Below are positions 10,943-20,900 of a DNA stretch of 64,000 nucleotides, in pieces (position 1 is the stretch's first letter; every line of letters begins with the position of its first letter). A model generated the notes under the pieces. That model had not been told where the DNA came from. It saw nothing but the letters and a program-made list of their open reading frames with translations, and made no database searches. Made by a program: the position numbers and the translations under genes. Origin of the DNA: Planctomycetota bacterium (GTDB lineage: Bacteria; Planctomycetota; Planctomycetia; Pirellulales; Pirellulaceae). The stretch is from positions 68,449-132,448 of the forward strand of contig JBCAWX010000016.1 of assembly GCA_038534355.1 (NCBI GenBank), given 5' to 3'.

Positions 10943-10970
10943 TTGACAACAACTTTTGATCCCTTTAATT
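10943..10970 (+). promoter_or_regulatory. Candidate sigma70 promoter upstream of def-fmt
   Basis: Perfect TTGACA at 10943-10948 after an AT-rich tract. The -10 is imperfect (TTTAAT/TTAATT, 15-16 bp spacer). Confidence 0.35.
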
Positions 10971-11156
10971 CAGTCGCCAACTGTGCAGGCGTCCAGCACT
11001 CCTGCGATTTTGTATACCTCACAGCACATCAGCAAAAGGTCGCGTCATTCCGAGGAGTGCTTCCGTTGTTTCGATCTTGATCAATAATAGTCGTAACGCG
11101 TCCATCCAATTCATCACACCATTTTTGTAACGCATTTTTTTCGAGGCTCGATTCTT

Positions 11157-11735
11157 TTGGACATTGTTCAATATCCCCATCCCACGTTGCGGCATAAAAG
11201 CAAACCGCTCAAGAAGGTCAATCGCGAAATCAAGAAGATCATCGAACAGATGTTTGACGCGATGTACGAAGCAAACGGGATAGGGCTGGCGGCCAACCAG
11301 GTTGATTTTCCGTTTCAGTTGTTCGTGATCAACACCAGCGGCAAACAGGGCGAAGGTGAAGAGCGGGTATTCATCAATCCTGTCCTAAGCAGCCCCAAGG
11401 GATCAGACGAGGCCGAAGAAGGTTGTCTAAGCATTGTCGGTGTCAATGCGAACGTCATTCGGCCAGCACAAATTCATGTTCACGCCTATGACCTTGCTGG
11501 AAACGAAATTGATCAGACCGTTGATGGCTTGTTGGCCAAAGCCATCCAACACGAATTTGATCATTTGGAAGGCGTTCTGTTTATTGATCGAATCTCTGAT
11601 TCCGCTCGCGTCAATATCGCAGGCGAGCTCGAAGACTTTGAACTGGTTTTTCAAAGCCAACAAGCCACGGGTGAACTTCCAAATGATGAAACGATCCATC
11701 AGCGATTGAAGTCGCTTGAGGACAAGTTTTGCTAG
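11157..11735 (+). CDS. def: Peptide deformylase
   Basis: GIGLAANQV, EEGCLSI, QHEFDHLEGVLFID motifs. Confidence 0.95.
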   Translation: MDIVQYPHPTLRHKSKPLKKVNREIKKIIEQMFDAMYEANGIGLAANQVDFPFQLFVINTSGKQGEGEERVFINPVLSSPKGSDEAEEGCLSIVGVNANVIRPAQIHVHAYDLAGNEIDQTVDGLLAKAIQHEFDHLEGVLFIDRISDSARVNIAGELEDFELVFQSQQATGELPNDETIHQRLKSLEDKFC

Positions 11736-11889
11736 GCATCTTGCTTTGTCCGGCGCGACGTCGAAGAGCGTCGGGTGCCGATCGTCACCCGATCTAAGTT
11801 TTACGATCTGCTCGATCGTCCGCCGCAGTAGAACAACGTTGCCCTGCGTCCGTTTCATTTTCGTGTCCTCAATTTCATTGGAGTCCAAT

Positions 11890-12858
11890 ATGCGAATCGT
11901 CATGTTTGGAACCGGTCCATTTGCCGTTCCGACGTTTCAGTCATTGCTCGATTCAAACCACGAAGTCGTTGCGCTGTTTACTCGTCCAATCGCCGATGCC
12001 GGGAAACGTCGCAAGACAGCTGAGAACCCAACGCGCGATGTTGCCGAATCGATCGGCTTGCCAATTTTTGATCCCGTCAATGTCAACGATGATGAATCGG
12101 TGCAGCAGCTCGAATCGTTTCAATCGGATCTGTTCGTGGTTTGTGACTATGGCCAAATCCTGTCTCGCGATTGTCTGGCCGCTGCTCGCTTGGGCGGGAT
12201 CAACCTGCACGGGTCTCTGCTGCCCAAATATCGTGGTGCTGCGCCGATCCATTGGGCAATCTATCACGGCGAACCAACGACAGGCATAACGATCATTCAC
12301 ATGACTGCCAAACTTGACGGTGGACCATGCTTGGTCGCCGTCGAAACAGAGATTCAGCCGGACGAAACCACCGAGACGATTGAGCCGCGTCTCGCACAGC
12401 TTGGCGTCGAGCCGGTCAATCAAGCGATCCAGATGCTGGAGGCGTGGGATGGCAGTTCCGAGATTGGGATTCGTCAAGACCAAGCGTTGGCGACCAAAGC
12501 GCCGCGGCTAAAAAAGTCCGATGGTTTAATTGACTGGAACCGATCGGCAACTCAGATTGTGAATCAAATTCGCGCCTTTCAACCTTGGCCTGGCACGTAT
12601 TCAAACTGGCATGCGCCAAACAAAAAGCAACCGGTTCGATTGATCATTCATCAAGCGGCCGTCGCAAATACCGATGATCTGGATGCCAGGGACACGCAAC
12701 CCGGACACGTTTTGTCGGTCGACAAAAATAGATTGGTCATCGCGACGGGTGATGGTGGGTTGGAACTGCTGATCATCCAACCTGCTGGCAAAAAGCCGAT
12801 GCCGATTGCCGATTTTCTTCGGGGAAATCCGCCCCAAGTCGATGACCGGTTCGCTTGA
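11890..12858 (+). CDS. fmt: Methionyl-tRNA formyltransferase
   Basis: MRIVMFGT..FAVP start at ATG 11890, INLHGSLLPKYRGAAPI, LDGG, IRAFQPWPG. Follows def. Confidence 0.95.
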   Translation: MRIVMFGTGPFAVPTFQSLLDSNHEVVALFTRPIADAGKRRKTAENPTRDVAESIGLPIFDPVNVNDDESVQQLESFQSDLFVVCDYGQILSRDCLAAARLGGINLHGSLLPKYRGAAPIHWAIYHGEPTTGITIIHMTAKLDGGPCLVAVETEIQPDETTETIEPRLAQLGVEPVNQAIQMLEAWDGSSEIGIRQDQALATKAPRLKKSDGLIDWNRSATQIVNQIRAFQPWPGTYSNWHAPNKKQPVRLIIHQAAVANTDDLDARDTQPGHVLSVDKNRLVIATGDGGLELLIIQPAGKKPMPIADFLRGNPPQVDDRFA

Positions 12859-12974
12859 ACCGCACTGGCATTTCCGGTTTTCGCATTTCCGGATTTTCGC
12901 TTCATGCTAAACTGGTCGGATCATTTCTCAGCCCAACTCGGGCTTGCCATTGATTGGAAACCAACCCCCGACCC

Positions 12975-14459
12975 ATGTCATCTTCGACTTCTGCCGAATC
13001 AACGGCCACGCACAAACTCTATATCGAAACCGTTGGCTGCCAGATGAATATGCTGGACAGCGAAATGGTGGTCGCCAGCTTGCGCCGAGAAGGGTATGAG
13101 TTGGCAAATACGGTCGCGGATGCTGACACGATTCTGTTCAATACCTGCTCGGTTCGTGAACAAGCTGAAAACAAGACTTATAGTGCCCTCGGCAGACTCC
13201 GCGCCGAAAAACAAAAACACCCTCACAAAATTATCGGCGTGATGGGCTGCATGGCGCAAAAAGATCAAAAACTGATCTTCCAACGTGCACCCTATGTCGA
13301 CATTGTCGTCGGGCCGGGGCAACTTAAAGAGATCCCTTCGCTGATTCAAAAAGCCAGACTGGAAGGTGGCCAACACACCGCCGTCAGCCTCGGACGAACT
13401 GCTGGAAAAATCGCCGACATCAAGCGGAGCCATGAAACGTTTGATCCGCTACGCGACCCAACCATGCGGCCAACACCGTTTCAGGCGTTTCTGCGGATTC
13501 AAATCGGCTGCGACAAGTTCTGCACCTATTGCATCGTCCCGATGACCCGAGGACCAGAACAGGGTCGCGACCCAAAGACGATCTTTGATGAGGCTGTCAT
13601 TCTCGCCGACCAAGGTTGCAAAGAGATCACACTGTTGGGTCAGACCGTCAATAGCTACCGTCACGTCGATGGGGATGGGAAACAAACTCGCCTCGCAGAT
13701 CTGCTTTACCAATTGCACGACATTAACGGCATCGAGCGAATCAAGTTCGTAACCAGCTACCCCAAAGATATGGGCTATGAACTGCTCACGGCTGTTCGTG
13801 ATCTGGAGAAATGTTCGACTTACTTGCACGTGCCGCTGCAAAGCGGATCTGACGAAGTTCTCAAACGGATGAAACGCGGATATACCGTGGGCGACTACCG
13901 TGACATGATGGCTCGTATCAACGAAACGCTGGGCGATGCTGCGGCGGTTTCGAGTGACTTTATTGTTGGTTTTTCTGGCGAAACCGAAGACGAATTTCAA
14001 CAGACCGTTCAACTCGTGGAAGAGTGCCGTTTTAAGAACAGTTTTATCTTCAAGTACAGCGAACGACCCGGTACCAAAGCACACGAACGGATGCCGGACG
14101 ATGTTCCCTTTGATGTCAAACGTCGTCGCAATAACGAACTGCTGGATGTTCAAAACCGGATCAGCGAAGAAGACAACCAGAAGTTCCTTGGCGAGACGGT
14201 GCATGTTCTGGTCGAAGGACCAAGCAAGCGTTCGGATGTCAAAGTCAATGACCGCTCCAACGGCAAACCTCGAACCGATGGAACACCAATTCAATTGACC
14301 GGTCGGACCCATTGCGATCGGATCGTGGTCTTTGACGGCACATCGCGACTGGTTGGGCAAACCATCCCGATCGGTATCTACGAAGTTGCCGCTCATACGT
14401 TGATCGGGACCGTGATTACCGACCACACCAGCAGCGGCCCTGTCGTCAGCCTGAACTGA
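12975..14459 (+). CDS. miaB: tRNA-2-methylthio-N6-dimethylallyladenosine synthase (radical SAM)
   Basis: ETVGCQMN, NTCSVRE, GCMAQ, GCDKFCTYC (CxxxCxxC), SDFIVGF.GETED, C-terminal TRAM domain. Confidence 0.95.
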   Translation: MSSSTSAESTATHKLYIETVGCQMNMLDSEMVVASLRREGYELANTVADADTILFNTCSVREQAENKTYSALGRLRAEKQKHPHKIIGVMGCMAQKDQKLIFQRAPYVDIVVGPGQLKEIPSLIQKARLEGGQHTAVSLGRTAGKIADIKRSHETFDPLRDPTMRPTPFQAFLRIQIGCDKFCTYCIVPMTRGPEQGRDPKTIFDEAVILADQGCKEITLLGQTVNSYRHVDGDGKQTRLADLLYQLHDINGIERIKFVTSYPKDMGYELLTAVRDLEKCSTYLHVPLQSGSDEVLKRMKRGYTVGDYRDMMARINETLGDAAAVSSDFIVGFSGETEDEFQQTVQLVEECRFKNSFIFKYSERPGTKAHERMPDDVPFDVKRRRNNELLDVQNRISEEDNQKFLGETVHVLVEGPSKRSDVKVNDRSNGKPRTDGTPIQLTGRTHCDRIVVFDGTSRLVGQTIPIGIYEVAAHTLIGTVITDHTSSGPVVSLN

Positions 14460-14568
14460 CGTTGGAATCGGGACGCCGATATATCTTGGTCAACGTCCCG
14501 AAAGACTCAGTCTGAAAGCGACAAAGCTTGAACAAGGTCGCAACAGCCCCAGTCAATGAGCTGCGGAC

Positions 14569-16668
14569 CTATTGGCTCAGCAAAAACATGATGCCGTGTT
14601 TTTTTGGCACCAGCCAGAGGCGGGCTCCGTAAACCAAACGATCCATCTCGTCGATGTATTCGCTCTTTGATTGCAGTTCTTCTTTCGCCCGACCAAACTG
14701 CGGCAACAGTTCCATCAGTGGACGTCCAAAGTTTTCGCTGATGATTCCCTCTTGGTCATTCGAATGAGCAATCACCTGGAACGTATCGCAGGCGATCACA
14801 ACATTTTTGGCCGTGAATCGTCGATTGAGCTGCTCGTGCAGAACCCGATTAAGGTCACACTCAATCAGCACTACTCCAAAGACTTCCTCGGTTGTGCGAT
14901 CAAAAACAGGCACTCCGGCGACCAACGATAGCTGACGATGCTCGTCCGGCTGAGGTGTACCACACAGTGGCGAGCACGCTAACGACGTCAAAACCTCATC
15001 CGGATTCTTGGCTAACACCTTCGATGAGAATTCACTGATCGGACCCGTTCTCAAACGACTGCGTGGGATTGAGCGAATGGTTGAGTGATCGGTGCTATGC
15101 CGCTCCACTCGAACCAATTCGGTGAACTGATCGCCATCGACGCGACTGTATATGACGCTGCGAAAATCGGATTTCGCGTTCAGCATCCCTTCAAAGATAG
15201 TCGACAGACGTTCTCGCCAGACACTGATTTCTTCTGGCTCTTCCGCCATGATCAATTCTTGAATCGGCGGCAACTTGGACATGAAACGTACGTTGGTTTC
15301 CAGGTCACGAACAGCGGACTGGACGTTGTTTCGCAGTTCGCGGCCATCGAGTCGAAGATTCTCATACTGACTCTGACGGCTCCCCTGATCGACCATCCAA
15401 CGTTCGACGTCGTTTGCCAAAGCGACGGCGGACTCATATCGAGCGTATTTTTTGAACGCCATCGCTTTGCGGCAAATCTGCTCCAGTTCCAACGGCACCG
15501 AGTCACGATAGTCACGTGGACGCGGCGAGTCTTCTTCCGCAATCGCTTTGAGAATATCTCGCACGTTCAGGTCGCCGCCAGAATTGATATGGCTCGACTC
15601 ATGAGGTGCAACGCCAGTCAAAATTGCAAACAAGATGGCGCCCAAACCGTACACATCGGTTTGTTTGTCGATCGCATCAAGATCACCAGCAGCTTGTTCC
15701 GGTGCCATATAAAGCGGCGTTCCGATAACTTCACCCGCCATCGTTTGGGCAATCGCTGCATCGGTCAGATCGGCTTCACCCGATAACCGGATCCCGATCT
15801 CACTCTCGTAGGTGATCTTGGCCAAACCCCAATCGAGGACGATCACTTGGCCAAAACTATCCAGCGCAATATTGTCCGGTTTCAGATCGCGATGAATCAC
15901 ACCACGCGAATGCGCGTAGGCAATTCCCTGACATACATCGAGAAAGGCGGTCAGCAGACGATGCAAAACGATCGCATCGCAAGCGCCAGTCCGACGACGT
16001 TCGTGGTATTCTTCGATCGCGTCGGCCAGCGTTCGTTTGCCGACAAAACGCATCGCGTAATAAGGCTCGCCACTGCGAGATTCGTTTCCGTATTGATATA
16101 GCGAAACAACGTTCGGGTGCTCCAACTGTCCGGTGATTTCGGCTTCCCGATTAAAGCGTTGCCAAGCCATTGGCAATTGCAGCGCCGTCTCATTCATCTC
16201 CTTGAGTGCCACATTGCGATTCAGTTTTTCATCGCGAGCCAACCAGACTCGCCCCAAACCACCCTCGCCAATCTGACGAAGCAGCGTGAAACGGGATCTG
16301 GACTCCCGAAAATCGCCCGGCTGGACAATGCGGTCTGGATTCGAAACCGTATCCTCTTCGCGAACATCAAATGTCCGGGCAAGTGCCGGGTCAATCTCGC
16401 TTGCCGAGCCGTCCAAGGCAGCGATCACCGAGTCCTGTAAGCGTGATTTCGCATCACGACTCAAGCCAGGCCCTACGGATGCGCTACCATCGCGTGACTG
16501 TACGCCGATGTCACTGACGGAGTTGTGAATTGCCTTGGATAGGTCGGCGAAATGTCTTAGCTCTTCGTTTTCCTGAAGATGCTTTTCCATTGCGACTTGT
16601 TCGTCAATCGACAATCGTCCATGCAGTGATTTGGAAACCAATTCGGTCGCTTGCTTACTATTCAACAT
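14569..16668 (-). CDS. Ser/Thr protein kinase with an N-terminal anti-sigma-like domain and a C-terminal Cache-like domain
   Basis: GEGGLGRV, VALK, HRDLKPDN, DWG, GTPLYMAPEQ. The ATG at 16668 overlaps the end of the sigma gene. Confidence 0.85.
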   Translation of the reverse strand: MLNSKQATELVSKSLHGRLSIDEQVAMEKHLQENEELRHFADLSKAIHNSVSDIGVQSRDGSASVGPGLSRDAKSRLQDSVIAALDGSASEIDPALARTFDVREEDTVSNPDRIVQPGDFRESRSRFTLLRQIGEGGLGRVWLARDEKLNRNVALKEMNETALQLPMAWQRFNREAEITGQLEHPNVVSLYQYGNESRSGEPYYAMRFVGKRTLADAIEEYHERRRTGACDAIVLHRLLTAFLDVCQGIAYAHSRGVIHRDLKPDNIALDSFGQVIVLDWGLAKITYESEIGIRLSGEADLTDAAIAQTMAGEVIGTPLYMAPEQAAGDLDAIDKQTDVYGLGAILFAILTGVAPHESSHINSGGDLNVRDILKAIAEEDSPRPRDYRDSVPLELEQICRKAMAFKKYARYESAVALANDVERWMVDQGSRQSQYENLRLDGRELRNNVQSAVRDLETNVRFMSKLPPIQELIMAEEPEEISVWRERLSTIFEGMLNAKSDFRSVIYSRVDGDQFTELVRVERHSTDHSTIRSIPRSRLRTGPISEFSSKVLAKNPDEVLTSLACSPLCGTPQPDEHRQLSLVAGVPVFDRTTEEVFGVVLIECDLNRVLHEQLNRRFTAKNVVIACDTFQVIAHSNDQEGIISENFGRPLMELLPQFGRAKEELQSKSEYIDEMDRLVYGARLWLVPKKHGIMFLLSQ

Positions 16669-17365
16669 CGTTTGAAACCTCATCCGCAGAAAACCACTTG
16701 CTGCCAACACACTTGGCCAAGCCCAGCCGAGCCCGATGCATCCTTACCCATAAATTGGATGGGGTGATCGAAAGGGTGTCGCAAATTTCGTCGGAATCCA
16801 TCCCTTCCATCACACTCAACGTAAACACATCCGCCTGACCGGACGGCAGATGTGTCAAACAGTCTTTGACGATTTGCCAAAGTTCAGAAGATTCGATCGG
16901 ACGCTCCGGTGGTACCGACCAGGGAATCGCGGTTTTGTTCCAGTTCCCCTTGGCGTCGAACAGTTGATTGGTCGGATCGTGATCGTCTTCGTATTGGCCG
17001 ACGCGTTGTTGCCGATTTCGCTTGCGGACAAAGTCGATAATTTTTCGTTTGAGAATTCCCAACAACCAGGCACGCTCCGTCCCAGCTCCTGAGTATTGCT
17101 CGTGATATCGAATTCCATTGAGGAACGTGTCCTGCACGACTTCCTCAGCAGCATTGGCATCGCGCAGCCGCGCATTGGCATACCGAAACAGGTAATCGCC
17201 GTATTGCTGGACCCACTGCTGTGGATCCACGCTCGGTGCATCTTGTTGAGCAGCCCCGTCGATCGCTGGGACTGTCTCTGATTTCGAATCTGTCAAGATT
17301 TTGCTCGTGATCAAGTAAGAATCTGTTCTTCGCCAATCGTACCTTGATGCGACGAAAGGGACCAT
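16658..17365 (-). CDS. ECF RNA polymerase sigma-70 family factor
   Basis: AAEEVVQDTF, WLLGILKRKIID, LP..QADVFTL..MEG.DS.EIC..L.IT.SNLWVRMHRARLGL. True start is uncertain (about 17300-17365). Confidence 0.9.
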   Translation of the reverse strand: MVPFVASRYDWRRTDSYLITSKILTDSKSETVPAIDGAAQQDAPSVDPQQWVQQYGDYLFRYANARLRDANAAEEVVQDTFLNGIRYHEQYSGAGTERAWLLGILKRKIIDFVRKRNRQQRVGQYEDDHDPTNQLFDAKGNWNKTAIPWSVPPERPIESSELWQIVKDCLTHLPSGQADVFTLSVMEGMDSDEICDTLSITPSNLWVRMHRARLGLAKCVGSKWFSADEVSNDVE

Positions 17366-17588
17366 GTTTCCTTTCACGAAACCCCGATAGTGCGAAATTT
17401 TGCACGTTTTTCCATGCTGGTACTTGATCATCGGCTGCTGGCAGAAGGACCAGTTCACAATCCTGCCAGTCTTCGGATCGTCGGACTCCAGCGATTTGGC
17501 CCCGGAAAAACTCGTTCCCTCGAGATGGAAACCGTGTAAGTGTCGCTGCCCGGTGGCGTCGTTGCTAAAAATCTCTGGAGAATCATTG

Positions 17589-18059
17589 ATGTCCCAAATG
17601 AAACGCCGCTTGAATCTCAGATTCAAAACGCTGCGTGATGCCAGTTATGACGTTCGCCAATTAATCGACGGTGGCTATGAGCTGACCGGGAATTGGTCGT
17701 TGGCTCAAATTCTAAAACACCTGAATTTGACCATGGAGATGATGCACGAACGGCCCGATTTTCATTATCCGTTCTTTCTCAGGCCAATTCTAAAGCTCGT
17801 GATGCTACCGATGATGCGTCGGGGAAAACCGATTCGCATGCGAGCAAGTGTGCCGGTATCTCTGGCACCGCAGGAAGAAGAAGATCTGGGAACTGTCAGT
17901 CATCGCTTTCACGAGTTGGTCGATCAACTGACCGACCCAAAAACAGAGTTCCAGCCATTTCATCCCTTGTTGGGAAATCTGAACCGTGAGCAATGGCTGG
18001 TCATGCAAACTTGGCATGCAACGCATCATTTGAGTTTTGCCGTGCCCAAACAGAATTGA
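17589..18059 (+). CDS. DUF1569/DinB-like protein
   Basis: GNWSLAQILKHL, HPLLGNL..EQW.....WHATHHLSF. ATG at 17589. Confidence 0.75.
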   Translation: MSQMKRRLNLRFKTLRDASYDVRQLIDGGYELTGNWSLAQILKHLNLTMEMMHERPDFHYPFFLRPILKLVMLPMMRRGKPIRMRASVPVSLAPQEEEDLGTVSHRFHELVDQLTDPKTEFQPFHPLLGNLNREQWLVMQTWHATHHLSFAVPKQN

Positions 18060-18094
18060 GTTTGATCGAGCAAAGTACCGACTCGGCTACTCAA

Positions 18095-18943
18095 CTATTT
18101 TTTGCTGGCAACGCGAGCCGGCGTCGCCGTGGGTTGCGACCGACGAGGGTCATTGAAAAACGCAAAGTCATCGATCGATTTTTGATGACAGGCGATACAC
18201 GAGGAGGTTCGACCCGCCAATCGCACTGACGTCGTTTTCGATGAAGCAAACGTCACTTGGTTTCCGGCCAAGTCGATTCCTTTCGAACCGTTCACGTTGA
18301 ACTCCTTGGATCGTGTCACCGATCCGTCCGGGTTGAAATTCACCCAATACCAATCGTTGCCTTGCGGATTAAATCCAGCCGTCCGGTACATCACTGAGAT
18401 CGATTGGAGCGAGCGATCAGATCGATAGTTTTCCATGATCAACACAGAACCCACGGGTGGGCTCTTCGGATCACCTGCCGCCGTCCGATTCATATAGACC
18501 TTTGAGAGACTCGTATGGGGGTTGTGAACTGAATCGTCCCGATCGCGGAACATGGCTGATTCCGATTGATAGAACTCCGTCGGCTTGTTGGACAGCGGCG
18601 CCCAATGTTTGTAATTGTTGGACAACAAGTAGGTCCAGAATTGGTCGTCAAACGAAGTTGTAAAGGAACCCGATCTCTTCGCCTGCTGGTTGGTCTTCGT
18701 TTTCAGTTCAACACCTGAGTTAGCCGTTTTCAAATCCGCGTCCAGCCGTGAAAGTGGGCCTTCACGGATTGTTTCCACTTCGGGTGATGGCTGAATGGGC
18801 AAATTCATTTCACCAAACACGTCTTCTTGAGCGACCGCTGGTTGGATTCGAAACAGTTGCCCGCCGAAGTAGAACAAGCAAATGAAAATCAGCAAACGAG
18901 AAAGCTGTCGTGATAAGAGTGACTTGAGCCGTGACCTGGCCAT
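18095..18943 (-). CDS. Cytochrome P460 superfamily protein (cytochrome c'-beta type)
   Basis: Signal peptide, P.GSVLIMENY, VMYR..GFNP.GNDWYW, C-terminal heme motif CIACH. Confidence 0.75.
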   Translation of the reverse strand: MARSRLKSLLSRQLSRLLIFICLFYFGGQLFRIQPAVAQEDVFGEMNLPIQPSPEVETIREGPLSRLDADLKTANSGVELKTKTNQQAKRSGSFTTSFDDQFWTYLLSNNYKHWAPLSNKPTEFYQSESAMFRDRDDSVHNPHTSLSKVYMNRTAAGDPKSPPVGSVLIMENYRSDRSLQSISVMYRTAGFNPQGNDWYWVNFNPDGSVTRSKEFNVNGSKGIDLAGNQVTFASSKTTSVRLAGRTSSCIACHQKSIDDFAFFNDPRRSQPTATPARVASKK

Positions 18944-19079
18944 TTTTGTGATCCTTCGTCAATGGTGTCATTCAAGTTGAGTCGTCGTGGCATCATGCAA
19001 GCGAGCATTTTGGATCACAGGGCTCTCTGGACAAATAGACATTTACAATCGTTGTCTGCTAGCATGCCAAACCAGCCAT

Positions 19080-19110
19080 AAAAAAAGCCCCGGGTAAAAA
19101 ACCCGGGACT
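19080..19110 (-). terminator. Intrinsic terminator of the DUF1559 gene
   Basis: Minus strand AGTCCCGGGT-TTTTT-ACCCGGGGCT followed by a T-run, about 67 nt after the stop codon. Confidence 0.8.
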
Positions 19111-19176
19111 AAAGACAAGCTGAAAATCAATGGTGATTTTAAACAAGGTCAGCGTTAACGCTGATCGTTTTCGAGC

Positions 19177-20331
19177 TTACTCGAAAGTCTTTGGTGGCAA
19201 ACCTTCGTTCAACAAAGCTCCTGGGAAGCAGCTTGTTGGATCAACTTCGCAGAGACCGTCGAGGTAACCTGTCAAGTCAGCAGATGGCATTAAGGGAGCA
19301 AAACCTGGGTTGATGAATCCGTCGCCGTTTTCATCTTCAAGCGTACGAACACTTCCATCAGCGAAGACCACGTTGACGGTTTGACCGTGCCAAGCGTACC
19401 AGTCACGCAAGTCTTGGAGAACTGGAGGGCCACCGTCAGCAACAGCAGCGGAGATTTCACCAGCGAATGGGTAACCAGCCGTTGGCGTTTTGAATGTGCT
19501 CAGAGGAGTCATGGCGTTAGCAACGAAGATGTTCTGTGGTCCATCGACGGTCGCTGGACCATCGTTCATGGTTTCGCACAATGGAACACCTGCGGTCAGG
19601 CCAAGTCGCTCAGAAATATCAGTTCCGAGAACACCGTCAGCGTCTGTAGTTCCATCATCATCACCTTGAGCTGCACAACCGATCATTGGGATGGCAGAAG
19701 CAGGAACGCTTCCACGATCCAGAGTACGAAGTGTCAAAGCACCTTCAGTGATCTGAAGAGTACCACCTGTGTTGTACCACTGCTTCAAGTTACCGCGAAG
19801 AACAGGATCTCCGGTGTTACCGGAGAACAATGGACGTGAACGAGCCAGGTGCCATGAAGTTGCGTAATTGGTGTTGTAACCAGCTTCAACAACTTTAGCC
19901 AACTGAACATCGAGAGAGTCACCAGAGACGATACCGCCCATGGTCAAGCCAACACCTGCGCGAGCCGGGCTCGCAGCACCACCTTCAGACGAAGAAGCTT
20001 TCAGCTTTTCCGAACCGACGCAGATTGAAGAAGGGCAAAGAAGTGTGCCCGGAGTTACGTCTTGCTTGATGCAGTCTGCAACCCATGAAAATTTGTCAAT
20101 TGCACCATCACGCTTGCCGTCGAAAGCACCCGAGCAGAATTTTCCGCTAGGGCTGTTAGAAGCTTTCGCCAAGAGGCAGATGGCGAATTGTCGCAAGTTA
20201 CTCTTACACTGAGTCGAGCGAGCAGCATTACGAATTGAAACGAATGCGGGGAACAGTAACGCGATCAGAATTCCGATGATCGAGATTACTACGAGTAGTT
20301 CCACCAATGTGAAACCTTGACGACGTTGCAT
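19177..20331 (-). CDS. DUF1559 prepilin-type N-terminal cleavage/methylation protein
   Basis: RRQG|[34 protein letters not shown]-terminal H-X9-DG ([14 protein letters not shown]). Confidence 0.9.
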   Translation of the reverse strand: MQRRQGFTLVELLVVISIIGILIALLFPAFVSIRNAARSTQCKSNLRQFAICLLAKASNSPSGKFCSGAFDGKRDGAIDKFSWVADCIKQDVTPGTLLCPSSICVGSEKLKASSSEGGAASPARAGVGLTMGGIVSGDSLDVQLAKVVEAGYNTNYATSWHLARSRPLFSGNTGDPVLRGNLKQWYNTGGTLQITEGALTLRTLDRGSVPASAIPMIGCAAQGDDDGTTDADGVLGTDISERLGLTAGVPLCETMNDGPATVDGPQNIFVANAMTPLSTFKTPTAGYPFAGEISAAVADGGPPVLQDLRDWYAWHGQTVNVVFADGSVRTLEDENGDGFINPGFAPLMPSADLTGYLDGLCEVDPTSCFPGALLNEGLPPKTFE

Positions 20332-20900
20332 TTTGTACCTTCCAAAAACAACAACAATTTCAAAAACAACAAGGAGAGCCACACGCTCTCAACGGGCGGC
20401 ATCATAAAAAGACAGATGAAGAAAACTTGAAGACGAAATATAAAGTCCGTGCACCTATGTGGATGTCTTCACAAGAATTTGGTCATGTCGGGTAGCCGTC
20501 AGTGAAGTTGTCTTCATGAATCGCGGACAAGGGAAATTAAACTTCCGCTGATGGACTTTTTTGGCGTCATGATGCTCTGCAGCTAGCACGACGATGTTTA
20601 AACGGAGCAAGCGGGGTCGCGCCCAGAAAAACATCAGAATCACCCTGAATTTCCAGTTTTTATCTTGACCATCCCTTGCACTTCTACGTAGCAAGAAGAA
20701 CCAAGGCTGGGTCCTGCTGGATGACCGTGCATTCTCGAGGAACTGGCGATGAACGTCTTTAACGGACGCTACCACGAAAATGGATCAGCTGGTTAGCATT
20801 CATGCGATTTTTTTAGAAGGCCATCGATACCTTGGACCATGCATGGGCATTCGTTTGGCTGCACGCGGTTCCACGATCTCCAGTATCGAGGACGTCCCGA

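Noticed and set aside
11716-11889. Extended N-termini from the ORF track (fmt 11716, sigma 17626, DUF1569 17400, FHA 23557, kinase 16710)
   Set aside because: Homology-like sequence begins at downstream starts. The extensions overlap neighbours or promoters.
20606-20626. Sigma54-like GG-N10-GC upstream of the DUF1559 gene
   Set aside because: It lacks the TGGCAC and TTGC context and is too weak.
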